Source: Octopus sinensis (taxonomy: Eukaryota). From it: a stretch of DNA of 64,000 nucleotides. The position numbers and the translations under genes were made by a program. The notes under the pieces are model-generated. The model saw only the letters and a program-made list of their open reading frames with translations, searched no databases and was not told where the DNA came from. Positions 1 through 12,780 of this stretch are shown piece by piece. The stretch's first letter is position 1; the number at the start of each line of letters is the position of its first letter. The stretch lies in assembly GCF_006345805.1 (NCBI RefSeq), contig NC_042999.1:105586001-105650000 (forward strand), given 5' to 3'.

Positions 1-2693
1 ACCATAGATGGATAAATACAAAAGAAAAAAGACATGAAAGACAAATAACATATAGACAACCACCAACCCGTAATAACATGTACCCTAGATGGACCAATAC
101 TTGGGAAAGAAGAAAGACGAATAAAATACGGACAGTATAGGTACTATGATATGAATAATAATTATCATGTTAACTCAAGAAACTCACGATTTACAACCAA
201 ATATCCCATATATCCTGAATGGCGAAAAAAGTATGGATGCTGCGAAGAGAACAAAACTTATAACCAAGGGAATCCGCATAAAACATATGAACCATCCTCC
301 TGCCTACATGGGAACCAGAACGCCGAAATCAGAAAATGGACACACGGTAACACAATTCCTTTTTTCGTTTAGGGTGAAAATACAAAACCTCGCACCGGAC
401 CCGCTAAAACACAATATTTAAACAAACACAGAGAGCATATAGACCTGAAAAATCATAAATTTGTCAAACAGAAACCACAACAAGTCTGTAATGTACCTCC
501 TATTAAAACGTTTCAAGTTTACCTCGACACCCACCTCTAATCTCATTGAACTGAAATCTGATATTGAACACTTCAACCGCCACCTCGACTTCTAGAATTC
601 TTCAGCAGTAAGGATTTAAATGACAGATCAATAGTCAGAAATAAATCCCACTTCACCTTCTGCAAGAGGAGGGACAATTATTTTGACGCGTATATAGACA
701 CTATTTTGAAATTGTCCCTAAATACCCACAGATGCAAACAAAACCTTCGTAAAGATGAAAAGGAAGCCTCACAAACACTGAAGAATGACAACTCAGTCGT
801 CCGAAACGATGCCGATAAAGGAGGGCCGATCGTAATCATGAACAAGGATTATTGTAAGGATAAAATATTTGAAATGTTAACAAGCCAAACTTACTACAAG
901 GAAGGACCAAGGCACTCAGAAAAAGCAATAATGAATAAAGTCAGGAGATTAATGAATGAATTCTAAGATTCCTTCACAGAGGAGGAGAAAGATTATATAT
1001 GCAAATTTCTAATCAAAGATAGCAATTTCTACGGATTACCGAAAGTCCACAAAAGCTCCGAAATACAAAGATCCATAAATAAGCAGAAGAACCAGTACGT
1101 AAAAATACTAAGGCCTGTTGACCTCAAACTAAGACCAATAGTTGCTGGATTTCAAGCTCCAACACAACTAAGTAATTTTTTTTTCGATATACTCCTGAAT
1201 CCTTTGCGCCTTTTAATACCCAGTCATGTACGGGATGGCAAAGATTTAATACAACACATCCCTCCCACTGTCACAGAAGGTACTATACTTACAGGTTTTG
1301 ACGTCATCAACCTCTATGCTAATATACTTCACACTTTAGGCCTAGAAGCAATCAAATATTGGGGAGAGAAACATAGAGGACGGAAAAAGAATGCTTCAGG
1401 ACTGACTTCATCACCAAGGCAACACTCCCAGTACTAGAAGAAAATACCTTTAGATTCGACAATAAAACATATCGACAAATAAAAGGGCACGGCTATGGAT
1501 TCGGGGTTTGCACCCTCATATGCAAATTTAGTTATGGGATACTTGGAAGGAAAACTTTATGAGGAAGTAGGAAAAAACTTTTGATCAGGAGTACAAGTGA
1601 TATATCACTAAAAATTGGAAACGCTTCCTTGATGGTTGTTTCATCTTCTGGGACAGATTGAATGAAGATCTAAGTATATTTAACAATATACCGAATATAC
1701 TTCACCTACCCATTAAATTCACGACAGAATCCAGTTGCAATGAATTACCATTCCTAGATATCCACATAAAAATACAGTCACAAAATACATTTTGCAAAAA
1801 TATGACACACTTGTATTTAAATTTCTTTTGCCATCCATCACACATCAACAGCAAGAGAAACATCCAATATAGCATGGAAGACGCATCTGTGTTATATTGA
1901 GTGAACCCAAAATACGTGAAATCCGAATCAATGAAATCAAAGGGGTTCCTCACAGTGCAGAAATACCCCTTAGGATTAATTAATGAGGGAATTAAAAAGT
2001 CGATGAAACTGAATATCACTCAAGTACGGATACCTAAGGAAAAAGTTAATGAAAACACGATTTCCTTCCTTAACACACATAGTCCTGGAATAACCAACAT
2101 TTTTAGCGCCATAAAATCATCGAACTTACCTGTACACCTACAAAGCCCCAAAATGAAAATTCTGATCGAAAAAAAAATCTGATTGAAAGAAAACACCTTA
2201 CAAAATAGTAGACGCCAATCAAAAAATGTTTAAGAAAACACCTTACAAGGGCAGGATTCAAATCAGAGAATGAATCAGAATTCTTAGTAAAACAATTTGG
2301 AGAATGGAGATGTGGAAAATGCAACAACAACAACAAGCAACTTCAAATACTTATAAAGTGGTTCCCACACAAATTTCAAGAGCGGATCCCTTTCCAATGC
2401 AGATATGAACTGGAAGACGCAAAACATCATATACTGCATTACCTGCCGAAACTGTAAAGAAAATTACATTGGCGAAACAAATAATTCCCTTTGCTAACGT
2501 GCAAGAATCCACATGCAACATATACCACAAGAAGAATTCCGCAAGATTCCATTAAGTGAGGATCTGGAAATATGCAGAGACCGAAAATTCAAAATGTTTC
2601 CTCTTTTACAAATGTGCACTGGACGATCTGCGATCTCGAAAAGCAATGGAATTACATTTCATCAAAACATTCTCTCCAAAATTGAATGTTTGA
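1..2693 (+). mobile_element. Penelope-like retroelement (PLE), decayed; reverse transcriptase plus GIY-YIG endonuclease with several stops and frameshifts
   Basis: Manual translation gives PLE RT motifs in order: SNFYGLPKVHK (~1021), LRPIVAG (~1128), GFDVINLYANI (~1294), KGTAMDSGFAPSYANLVMGYLE (~1483), WKRFLDGCFIFW (~1616; catalytic DD decayed to DG), LPFLDI (~1745). These are followed by a GIY-YIG-type segment NIIYCITCRNCKENYIGET (~2421-2478) and a C-terminus FIKTFSPKLNV* (2658-2693). The element probably starts left of the window. Confidence 0.9.
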
Positions 2694-3230
2694 AGGATCA
2701 GAAGAGACAGTATATTTAGTGTTCTAAATTTGAATATCGGGAGAAAAATGCTCATCTCTGTAAACATTCAGGTGTTTACGTGTGGCATTAAGATCTTCTG
2801 AGATTTGCGGGTTTTATAGCTTCCATATGTTATAGTAATGTTTACCAATGCAAAAACATGAAATGGAAAGAGGCGTGACTTTGTTTGTCAATGCAAACCA
2901 TTGAAGATATACAGTATAAACATGGACACACTGACACATTTCATCAAGGGATTCTCCCCAAAATTGAATGTTTGAAGGTAAAGTGGAGAATTGGCATTTT
3001 TCTTCTAAATGTGGCTCATCTCTACAAATGTTCAGGTAAATATATGTTTAGCATTGGGATGTTCTAGCTTTGCGTATATAAACATATATGTATATATTTT
3101 ATTTTATTTATTTTTTAAATTATTAATTTTTAAATATCATACTGATGTTTTTCATGCAGATCTATATCATCAAAAAATTCCCTCCAAAATTGAATATTTG
3201 AAAGAAAAGTGGATACAGTACATTTTGTAT
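2658..3230 (+). repeat. Three diverged direct copies of the PLE ORF 3' terminus (pLTR-like)
   Basis: FIKTFSPKLNV* at 2658-2693, FIKGFSPKLNV* at 2940-2975 and IIKKFPPKLNI* at 3166-3201, with partly shared downstream sequence (GCTCATCTCT..AAA..TTCAGGT after copies 1 and 2). Confidence 0.8.
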
Positions 3231-3439
3231 TCTAAAACTAAGTCAAAGGGAACAATAAGAAAGAAAGAGAGGGAAAAAAGGAAGAGGGGAGAAAAAAAGA
3301 GAGAGAAAAGAGAAAAAGAGGGGAAGAGAGAAAGAAAGCAAAAATACTGTCAGTGATGACCATGACCCATTCCAATACAATGGTAAATGACTAATTAAAT
3401 AAATTAATGGTGAATGGAAAGAGGAATCCTCTTTCTCCC

Positions 3440-3460
3440 ACTCTCTATCTCTCTCTCTAT

Positions 3461-3514
<54 letters not shown>

Positions 3515-3572
3515 GTGAATATCTACCTATGTATGTTTGTATGTATGTATGTATGTATGTATGTATGTATGT
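3440..3572. repeat. Compound microsatellite (TC)n-(TATC)n-(TATG)n
   Basis: Directly visible simple repeats. Confidence 0.95.
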
Positions 3573-3845
3573 AGCTATTTGCCTATCTGTCAGCCTATCT
3601 ACCTACCTATATTTCTACGTATCTTTTTCCTTCGTCATGGAACCTGAACCAAAAACAAAACAAAAATTTTAAAAAAATAGTTTCTCCTCTTCGAAACGAA
3701 AACCCTCCAAAACATCTGCTTTATATAAATGAACAAGCTGTTTGTACATTCACCAAATTTTATTTGACAAGTTCGAGAAACGAACGAAAGCACTAATAAA
3801 AATGAAGAAATTAAAAAAATTCTTTCGAAAATTTTGACGACTTCT

Positions 3846-3846
<1 letters not shown>

Positions 3847-3885
<39 letters not shown>

Positions 3886-3975
3886 TATACAATAATATGT
3901 TACATATATTCCTCTATTTACATAATATTGAGGATGTAACATATTATTGTATAGATAAATTTCCTATATATACAG

Positions 3976-4007
<32 letters not shown>

Positions 4008-4010
4008 TAT

Positions 4011-4105
<95 letters not shown>
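3847..4105. repeat. Interrupted (TA)n microsatellite block
   Basis: Long TA runs; source of the YIYIYI ORFs in the track. Confidence 0.95.
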
Positions 4106-4267
4106 GGCGCAGGAGTGGCTGTGTGGTAAGTAGCTTGCTAACCAACCTCATGGTTCCGGGTTCAGTCCCACTGCGTGGCATCTTCGGCAAGTGTCTTCTG
4201 CTATAGCCCCGGGCCGACCAATGCCTTGTGAGTGGATTTGGTAGACGGAAACTGAAAGAAGCCTGTC

Positions 4268-4268
<1 letters not shown>
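4106..4268 (+). mobile_element. tRNA-derived SINE, 5' half
   Basis: GGCGCAGGAGTGGCTGTGTGG (A-box-like) and GGTTCAGTCCC (B-box-like); body ends GACGGAAACTGAAAGAAGCCTGTCG then (TA)n. Homologous copies at 8118, 62168 and, on the minus strand, ~62850-62975. Confidence 0.85.
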
Positions 4269-4319
<51 letters not shown>

Positions 4320-4324
4320 TTGTG

Positions 4325-4364
<40 letters not shown>

Positions 4365-4476
4365 GTCCGGAGATACGGATATGGTACCTGTAGAGCGCCG
4401 CGTCTCGGGCGGCGTCCGGTGCGCTCTCGGCGGCCCTGGAAAATCCGGGTCCGTAATTATCTATAAAATTCCCCTT

Positions 4477-4524
<48 letters not shown>

Positions 4525-4639
4525 CAATCAATCGTTGATGACATGATTAGGTTGTGCTATGTTTACCACACTTGATGATCTGTATCCGCCACTGCTAATA
4601 CTATATGCATTTTATACATTCATTTATACATTCAAATGC

Positions 4640-7170
4640 TCAACCTACAACCAAATTCGATGCCGTCTATTGCAAGCTGAGCCTATCTGAGTTTTGCCTG
4701 CCCGTGTTGGCTGTCTACAGGCCGCCTCTAGCCGACCCCCAGGACGATGCTCATCTACTCGAAGCGATAAGATTCGTTTCAGCTTCGCATGACTGCTTGG
4801 TACTAGGCGACTTCAACGCTCCCACGATCGATTGGCCCGCATCAATTTGTACAACATCTTCCCGGTTCGGCCAGGCCCTTCTTGACGTGGCTGAAGATTG
4901 TTTTCTATCGCAACATGTTGAATATCTGACAAGGCATCGGTCAGGGCAGCAGCCATCTATGCTAGATCTGGTATTCTCCCGCTATCCAAGATCAGTGTCA
5001 GACGTATCTGTGTGCGCCCCTCTTGCCAAGAGTGATCATGCGGTCCTGAAGTTCGTCATGCACACAACTTTTTCCACGCCCACGATTACTTCGCTGCCAC
5101 GTAGAGTCTTCCCTGCAATTAATCTTGAAATTCTAACCGAGGCTTCAGCGCTTCTGGACTGGCGTTCCCTGATGACGTTGTCCTCAGTTGACGAACTATG
5201 GTCATCCCTCAAAGCATATGTAATCTGTTTGACTGACCAGGCAGTTCCCGTTGGACTTCCCAAGAGGAAGAAACACAAGCCCTGGGTGACGAAGAAGGTT
5301 AAACGAGAACGTCGACTCAGAGATATTGCTTGGGCTGAATTCAAAAATCTGGATTCGACTGCAGCTTTTGAGGTGTACAAAACTCAACGAGACCGAGCCG
5401 TGAAAACTGAAAAGAAAGAACGCTTCAGTTATGAATACAAAATCGCGGCAAATGCCAGTAGCAATCCAAAAACCTTCTTTGTCCATGTCCAGCGGAATTC
5501 CCGCTTGAACAACCAGATTGCAACGTTGGTAGACTCAACAGGCGTATCGATTGAGGACCCTTATCAACAGAGTCAATTATTTGCTGAGGGTTTTTCAACT
5601 ATTTTCAAACAAGATGATGGTCGTGAACCCCCTCCATTTGATAGATCGGTACCTCCAATGCTTCGATTGATCATCACGCGGGACCAAGTCAAGTGTTATT
5701 CAAGGCCTCGATGTCAACAAGGGTCACGGCCCTGACGGCATACACCCACGGGTTATCAAAGCGTTGGCTCCGGTCATCTGCGAGCCCTTAACACGACTAT
5801 TCAATATGTCATTGGCGACGGGTGTTATACCTGCAGACTGGAGAACAGCGATAATCTGCCCAATTTTCAAGAAAGGGAGCCGCGAAGACCCGCTTAACTA
5901 CCGACCGGTTTCCCTTACATCAATAATCAGCAAGATGTTCGAAACCATCCTTAAGAAAAGTATGATGCTCCACCTCCTAAACACAGCCTCGATCACTGAT
6001 TCCCAACACGGCTTCGTGCCGAAGAGATCATGCTTGACCAACTTACTAGTAATGGAAGAATTGGTGACGCGCATCCTCGATGATAGTGATGCTGTTGACA
6101 TCGTTTTATTGGACTTTGCCAAAGCTTTTGACTCGGTAAACCACCGCCTACTACTTGTCAAGCTTCAAGCATATAGTTTCCATCCGGATATTGTACGATG
6201 GGTTGGTGCCTTCCTCTCAGATCGCTCCTTCCAAGTTCAAGTTAATGGTTCGCGGTCCGACGTCTCCAGTGCGAGCAGTGGCGTGCCTCAAGGTTCAGTG
6301 CTTGGGCCCTTGTTGTTCTTAGTCTTCATAAATGAATTGCCCGACGACCTCACGCAACACACCCTTCTATTTGCCGACGATATCAAACTGGTCACTCCTC
6401 GCGTTAGTACAGCGGATCTTCGTCGATGCCTCCACCAAATTTGGAAGTGGTCTAACGATTGGGACCTGTGTCTGAACGTGTCAAAGTGCTGTCATCTGCC
6501 TGTCGGCTCTACTCCTGCAACTCAACTTGATTTCGAGCCGGGTCGTCTGCTGCTGGAGAGGACCGATCAGGTAAAGGACCTGGGTATCTTGGTGGATTCC
6601 TCCTTTTCGCCTTCGGCCCAGTGCGTCCATGCTGCCAACAAAGCGCGAGGAATTCTGTTTTTGATTCGACGGTCATTCGGAATGCTCACAGCAGCCATAT
6701 TCCTGCCACTCTATGTCACGCTGGTGAGACCCATATTGGAGTATGGGATTCAAGCCTCTTCTCCTTATCTCCTCAAAGACATACAGCACCTCGAAAGAGT
6801 CCAGAGGCTGGCTACCCGCATGCTTCATGGTCTCAAAAATTTGTCCTACGAAGAAAGGCTGAGGACGCTCGACCTTTGTTCTCTTGAAAAACGCCGCCGC
6901 CGTGGTGATCTCATTCTCGCCCACAACATCATAAGCGGGAAGTGTAACCTCTCGAAAGAGCTGTTCTTCACTACTGCTCCGGAGCGTCGGCTGCGGGGTC
7001 ATTCCGAAAAGCTCTACCTGCGACGATTTCATCTCAATCGAAGGAGAGGAGCTTTCTCCGTCCGGGTTGCGGATCCGTGGAACAAGCTGCCAGACGAGAT
7101 GGTGACGATGCCGACGACCACTTTGTTCAAAGCCTCCCTGGACCTCAAGTGGCCTGAACTCTTTACATGA
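4640..7170 (+). pseudogene. LINE ORF2 (endonuclease-reverse transcriptase) split by one frameshift at ~5690-5700
   Basis: Track ORFs 4605..5735 and 5764..7170 are in adjacent frames. The second frame is already open upstream of 5764 and reads SVIQGLDVNKGHGPDGIHPRVIKALAPVICEPL, the expected linker, so one indel near GACCAAGTCAAGTGTTATT joins the two. Confidence 0.88.
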
Positions 7171-7255
7171 ACACCACCCTGTACTTAACTCCATGTCCCC
7201 CTACATGGCCTTGCTATTTGCTTTTGAGCCAAATTAACTAACTAAATAACTAACT
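4640..7255 (+). mobile_element. 5'-truncated CR1/L2-type non-LTR retrotransposon (LINE), young copy
   Basis: APE endonuclease motifs (VYRPP, LVLGDFNAPTIDW, LDLVFS, SDHAVL) and RT motifs (NYRPVSLTS, QHGF, LDFAKAFDSV, GVPQGSVLGPLLF, LFADDIKL). C-terminus LEKRRRRGDLI...LRGHSEKL...FSVRVADPWNKLP. Short 3' UTR with hairpin CCATGT-ccccct-ACATGG (7191-7208) and a (TAAC)n-like tail (7235-7255). The endonuclease N-terminus is missing and the 5' edge is approximate. Confidence 0.93.
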
Positions 7256-8117
7256 ATCGTTATCTAAAACGACACTGACCTTGTAAACATAATGTAATAG
7301 CATCAAGGGTTTTCGTAGTTGTGCCTGCTTCTATTGTATAAATGCGTACATTTTGGGCGCTATAAATTTGTAACTAATTCAGTAAGGCTTTTTCATACGT
7401 AGATTTTCTTTCGGTGAAAATGATTTTTGTAGGCTGTGTAAGAGCCACGTGAGCGTTTGTGTACAATGAATGATGCGGCAATGTCTGTTAATTCGTCATG
7501 AAACATCGGATTAAAAGTATTTGATATAATGGCAAAATGTGGTGACTATGAATGGTATGCGTATGACAGATATTTCACTTACGTTGATGAGTTTTATGAT
7601 AGGTCATATTTTATATCTTCCGACGATGCTACAATACAAAAAGCCTATTTCATGTGTGATAATTGAATTTTATTGATTTAGTCGCAGATTTCGATGTACT
7701 TAATGTAGGTTTGAACAATAGTGCACATGTGACTCCGATGCTATCTATGCATTCACCAGCGATTATTTTTAGTTATAAATCTGTAGAAAGGTCATGGAAA
7801 TATAGGTTAAAAGGAGCTGGATAGCGGTAGATTATTTCCGCTGTCTCATAAAGAGATTTGTGATTAAGCAATATTTTTACTGTTGCATATTACATTGTTT
7901 TTTTAATGTGCATGCTTGCTTGTTATTTTGATGAGATAAAGTGTCTAATACATTTGAATATTTCACTGATATTAAAGTAACTATGGTTGCCCATTTGGAA
8001 TGAATAATTTTTGGTGAAGCCTTGATGCATATTTTGAATGATATTTCTTTGAGATGTAGGATAAATGAATGGTAGGATAAATTTGTTCTGTAAACTGTGC
8101 AGAGAAATGTGCAAATA

Positions 8118-8495
8118 GGCGCCCGTGTGGGTGTGTATTTAGAAGTTTGATTTCCAAAAACGTGGTTCAGCCCCAGTACGTGGCACGTTGAGCAGTCGAT
8201 TTCACTATAATGTTGAGCGGACCAAAGCCTTGTAAGTGGATTCCGTAGACGGTAACTGAAAGAAGCCTGTCATATATATATATATATATATAATATATAT
8301 ATATATAATATATATATATATATGTGTATGTGTGTGTGTGTGTATGATGCCACACGCCACTGCTTTTCAAACGGTGATGCTGTGTCTACGTCTCCGTAAG
8401 CCAAATACATACTGGTGGTGATTTATTTGACAAAAAGTACTTCAAGGTGGTGCCCCAGCATGGCCACAGTCTAATGACTTGAACAAATAAAGGAT
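8118..8495 (+). mobile_element. Decayed tRNA-derived SINE (head, internal microsatellite, 3' part)
   Basis: Similar to 4106-4268 (GGTTCAGCCCC, GCCTTGTAAGTGGATT..GTAGACGGTAACTGAAAGAAGCCTGTC). The 3' segment GGTGGTGCCCCAGCATGGCCACAGTCTAATGAC matches ~62490-62520. Confidence 0.7.
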
Positions 8496-10739
8496 GAAAG
8501 TGCCAATGGTTAGCATAACATCTATGAGATTTGTCAACATGCATATAGAACATTGTATGAATAGGTTTTATTTAAGGTTTCTCTTGATGTTTAAATATGC
8601 AATGATTTTAAACATCTTTCAGATTAAGAAGATTTTTGTGAGGAAAAAAATGAGTAGAATCGCTATATGATGTTGAGAAATATGCCTGTGATTTTATTGG
8701 TACAAGAGACATTTTTGCTTTTCGATGTCACTGGAGATTCTCTCGAGGCTGAAGACAGTGTCAATGCTTTACTCTATATCTAATCTTATATTTAAGTGTA
8801 GTGTCTGTGATATTTTGTAATTTAATTTCAAGATGTGTTTGATGAGTTACTTTCGATTTTGGATTTAGTGCAGGATGATCGAAATGAATTGGAATATAGA
8901 GGTGGAAGACATAGGCTCTCAAATGTCTCATTTTATTTGATTTTTAATTATCTATAGTATATTCGGAGCAATGAGAAAGACATGATCATAAGAGAAGTTT
9001 GATTGCATATGTAATTAAATTTACTGAACTTTGCAAATGTTTAGTTAATGATGTTCAAATATTTTCAAAGTATATAGAGAAAACTTGCATTATTCTTAAT
9101 AAACATCATATACAACAATGGGGGTATAAAACATCTACGTTTCGTATATGCTCCACGCCTTAATCAACAATTATGTAACTGAAAAGAAAAAGAGATAATC
9201 AAGACAGTGTCTCACTCCAGGTGCCAATATTTATGCTCGTTTGAAAATGCTCATTGTAAAAATAATATCCAACTAAAATCCAGTTAGTTTTGATTTGCCT
9301 TTTCGTCTTTAAAATATTAGGGGAGTTTCTTCGTCAGAATTCTCTTTTATTATAAATAACATCATTGTTCCTCTTCAACCTTGAAATTATTCAATTATAC
9401 TTCACACACAAAATTGAAAAGAGATTATATAAATATATTTGTCCCTTTATGTTATGAGATGTGTCAGGAACCAAAGCTAGTCGAAGATCAAATTCCAGTA
9501 ATCAATTTGATAAGAATAGCAATTTTAGATTTGTGCCAATCTATTATGTGTTCGTAACTTTGGAGCGTCCTACAAGTTAGACTGGAATGTATTAGCTGGT
9601 TTCTAATAAATGATATAATTGAGTATTCATATTACTTTTCTGAAACCAGTTTCAATCTGAATTTAATCTTTAATATATTTACTTGCGTATCTAATGCATT
9701 AAAACCATAAGATTACCTTCCTTTAATGATTCATTTTAATTATATATTGACAGATCACGTACATTCTATATCTCATGTTTTTATTTGTAAAATTGCAGAT
9801 GCTTGGTAGATAGAATTGAATAAATAACTAAAGACGCACATAATCCCCCGCGCTTTCTTGGCTGTAGTTGTTACTAGCACACTAGATAGTGGTGAGAAGA
9901 CTCGATCATTGGAAAAATACTTGTATTATAAAAATAAAATAAATGTGAAGCTAGACAAAAGTCAGACATTCTCTGATGAAAAAGACAAAACGTCATATTA
10001 TACATTTACTTCAATAATCTTTCAAGTCACTGTTCATTGGTTTCATGCGAAGTTCCGTCCTGCTAAATGTCGATCAGTTTACTTTGGCGTGTGTGAAAAG
10101 ATAGCATGGGTATTCTCTCCTGGTTCTTCACAGTTTACTTATCACGGACGTTTAAGAATAAGAATATATATTTGAAATCCCCCACCCCCAGATATTCAAG
10201 ATGTGTAATTAGTATCATTTTTGCTTGAAGTGTAAAAGTTATGTTTTGTGTAAATATGCATACAAAGTTACCGATAACATTGTGACTATTTTCATTTGTG
10301 TAGCTAGAACAATCTGAAGTTATAAAATCTATATTCGTATCCAAATTCATGTTCTAGTGCATAAATGACCCACACTCTCAAAAACAGAAAAATATTTCTG
10401 ATACAAACATTATGTTATTTAAAAGCACATTTTGTAGCTGGGTGTGAGTCAGCGTTAAGAAATGAGAATTAGAGATAAATCTATGATTGAAGTTCAGCTG
10501 AATAATTCAGTATTAATTTCACGAATTCACAAGGATAAACTCCCTATCCATTCATAAGGCATATATATCATAATCCCTAGCAGTGTATTATGTACAACCA
10601 GCATGCAGATTTATATAATGCCAAAACACCCTCAGCAATGGTTTTATTTTCAACGCTACAGTTATTGTAGTTATGAATCAAAGTTATGTCTCTAATACAC
10701 ATAACCTAATCTTTTTGCACACAGATACATTTGTTTGTT

Positions 10740-10820
<81 letters not shown>

Positions 10821-12361
10821 GTTTACATTATGATATCCAAGATGCAAACAAAAGAATTCCTGATGATTCCGTCATGTGATAATAAATTTGTTTTATAGAG
10901 GTGGAAGAAGGTTTACTTGGGAAAATACATTCTTTAAAAAATTATATTATATTCGCTATTGATATTCCTGCAGCAGTGCACTGAAGTGATCAAATTCTTT
11001 CTCTGGAAAATAATACGTTTCTGCAGAGTAATAAATCATATTACATAGGTCAGAACATAATATTTTGCCATGGAAAAGAGAAATAGAATCAACTTTGGCC
11101 AGAAGCAATTAGATGTTAGCAGATAAATAGAAAGAACCTGTATTTTGACATCATATAACGTAAAGCCTCAAAAGCTTTAGTTTGAATCATACAAGTGTAA
11201 CATGCGATTTGACAAAAGTATACATCACAAATATACTCTTTTCATTGAAGGAAAAAGAAGAGATGGAGATAAAGTGACTGAGTGGCTGAACTTCACTTGT
11301 TATAGGTTTATACTACTATGTGTTGTGATACACAGTATTAATAAATATGCAGATTGTATATATAAAAGAAAGTCGATTAAAATGAATACCATTCCATGTT
11401 CGATACTTCTATTTTCAGCAGTGCCTTGACGCTGTGCTGAAATTTTTGCTTGAAATTTGGTAGTCAGAAATGTCACAGGAGCCACGCACCCAGTTAAACT
11501 GCTTACAATGTAGTATTATTATTTCGTTTAAGTATTGTGCATACCAGTTTAACAACACAAACTGTTAATATGCTCTTTTAGCGCCTTCCACTACTTAACC
11601 AGATTTCAGACCAAATATTTCGGTTCAAGATATATTTCAAAATTTCCTCCAAGCAGTCCTGTACACCTAGATCAATGTTGCGAATGTTACAAGTACATCA
11701 TATGTCTCAGTTTTGAATGCTGAATATTAATATTCAAGCAGACATCACTATTTGCACAATGAATTCTATAATGATATTCTAACAAATGTTAAACAGCGCA
11801 ACCTGCATAGACTGAATACCGGGAAAGGCTCTGTTGGTCTATATAGGGAAGATGCATTTAATATTTTTTATATAAATATGCATACTATATTTAGTTGGTT
11901 TTTTATTGGTCACAATAAAACAAATTGCCCATCAGATTCCACTTAACTTATTTCTAAGATAATAATTCCCTCTAAATTTGCATGCAAAATGGTTTCCCCA
12001 CCTTTCGAATAATGGAAACAAATAGTCCTTATAAACGTAAATTAAGAAACATTAAATAAGAGTAAAAGAGTTAAAATAATATAAGCCTATACGCATAATT
12101 TGAAAATGATTCAGAATGGCATTCGGGAAATGTGTCCATTTTGTTTCTTTCAAACGAAGTGATATGTAGCAAAGCAAATGCAGAAGCAGTACATATGACC
12201 ACAGTTATAGTGAGATGATATTTTAATATCATAGAAATACCCTCATGAGTAGAAGATCTCATACAATAAAACAGCAAATTATCATCTGCAGTAATAAGAG
12301 AAATTATGCTTTGACTAATTTTGATTAACTGTATTCTGATGAGTTGCAAGTTCTACATCAG

Positions 12362-12780
12362 CTATTAGGCTGTTCGGAAAGTTCTGAGCGTTTATTTCAG
12401 TATGCAAAATGGGTTATAATTCATGAACCGTACTTTTAGAAACTTCCAACTCCTGGGCAAGTTCTCTAGTCGTGATATTTGGGTTTTTATTCGATTTTTG
12501 CCTTTATAATATCTTCATCCAACAATATTGAATGTCTTCCAGTGCGACTGTCATATTACAAGCTTAACTCTCCAGCTTTAAGCTTTGCAAACCACCTTCG
12601 AGCAGTTCGTTCACCTACAGCATTATCACCATAAACTTTGCTTGTTCCAAAATTAGTGGCTCTGTGTCGCTTATTTTTCTATATTTTTCGAGCTAGGACG
12701 AACGACTGCCATGTCTAGCAGATAGATCTCTACTACTGACGAAGGGAAATACACTGGAACCAGACAATTATACTTGTCTT
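12362..12780 (-). mobile_element. Mariner-type DNA transposon remnant, internally deleted (N-terminal HTH only)
   Basis: Minus-strand translation gives YGDNAVGERTARRWFAKLKAGELSL...SRTGRHSILLDEDIIKAKIE, matching the mariner HTH/linker pattern (YGD.AV.ERT.RRWF.KF..G...L.D..RSGRP). A TA plus TTAGGCTGTTCGGAAAGTT end resembling a mariner TIR lies at ~12364. Confidence 0.75.

Noticed and set aside
3834-4575. ORFs rich in YIYIYI (and similar ones at 10673, 16868-17418, 30592, 36544, 42711-43246, 44288-44593, 45437-45858, 49562-50558, 51736-52775, 61980)
   Set aside because: They are translations of (TA)n, (CA)n and (TATG)n microsatellites, which lack stop codons in some frames.
5036-7194. Secondary ORFs 5036..5380, 5202..5486, 5898..6161, 6621..6887 and 6673..7194
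   Set aside because: Antisense or alternate-frame shadows of the LINE ORF2, with no independent motifs.
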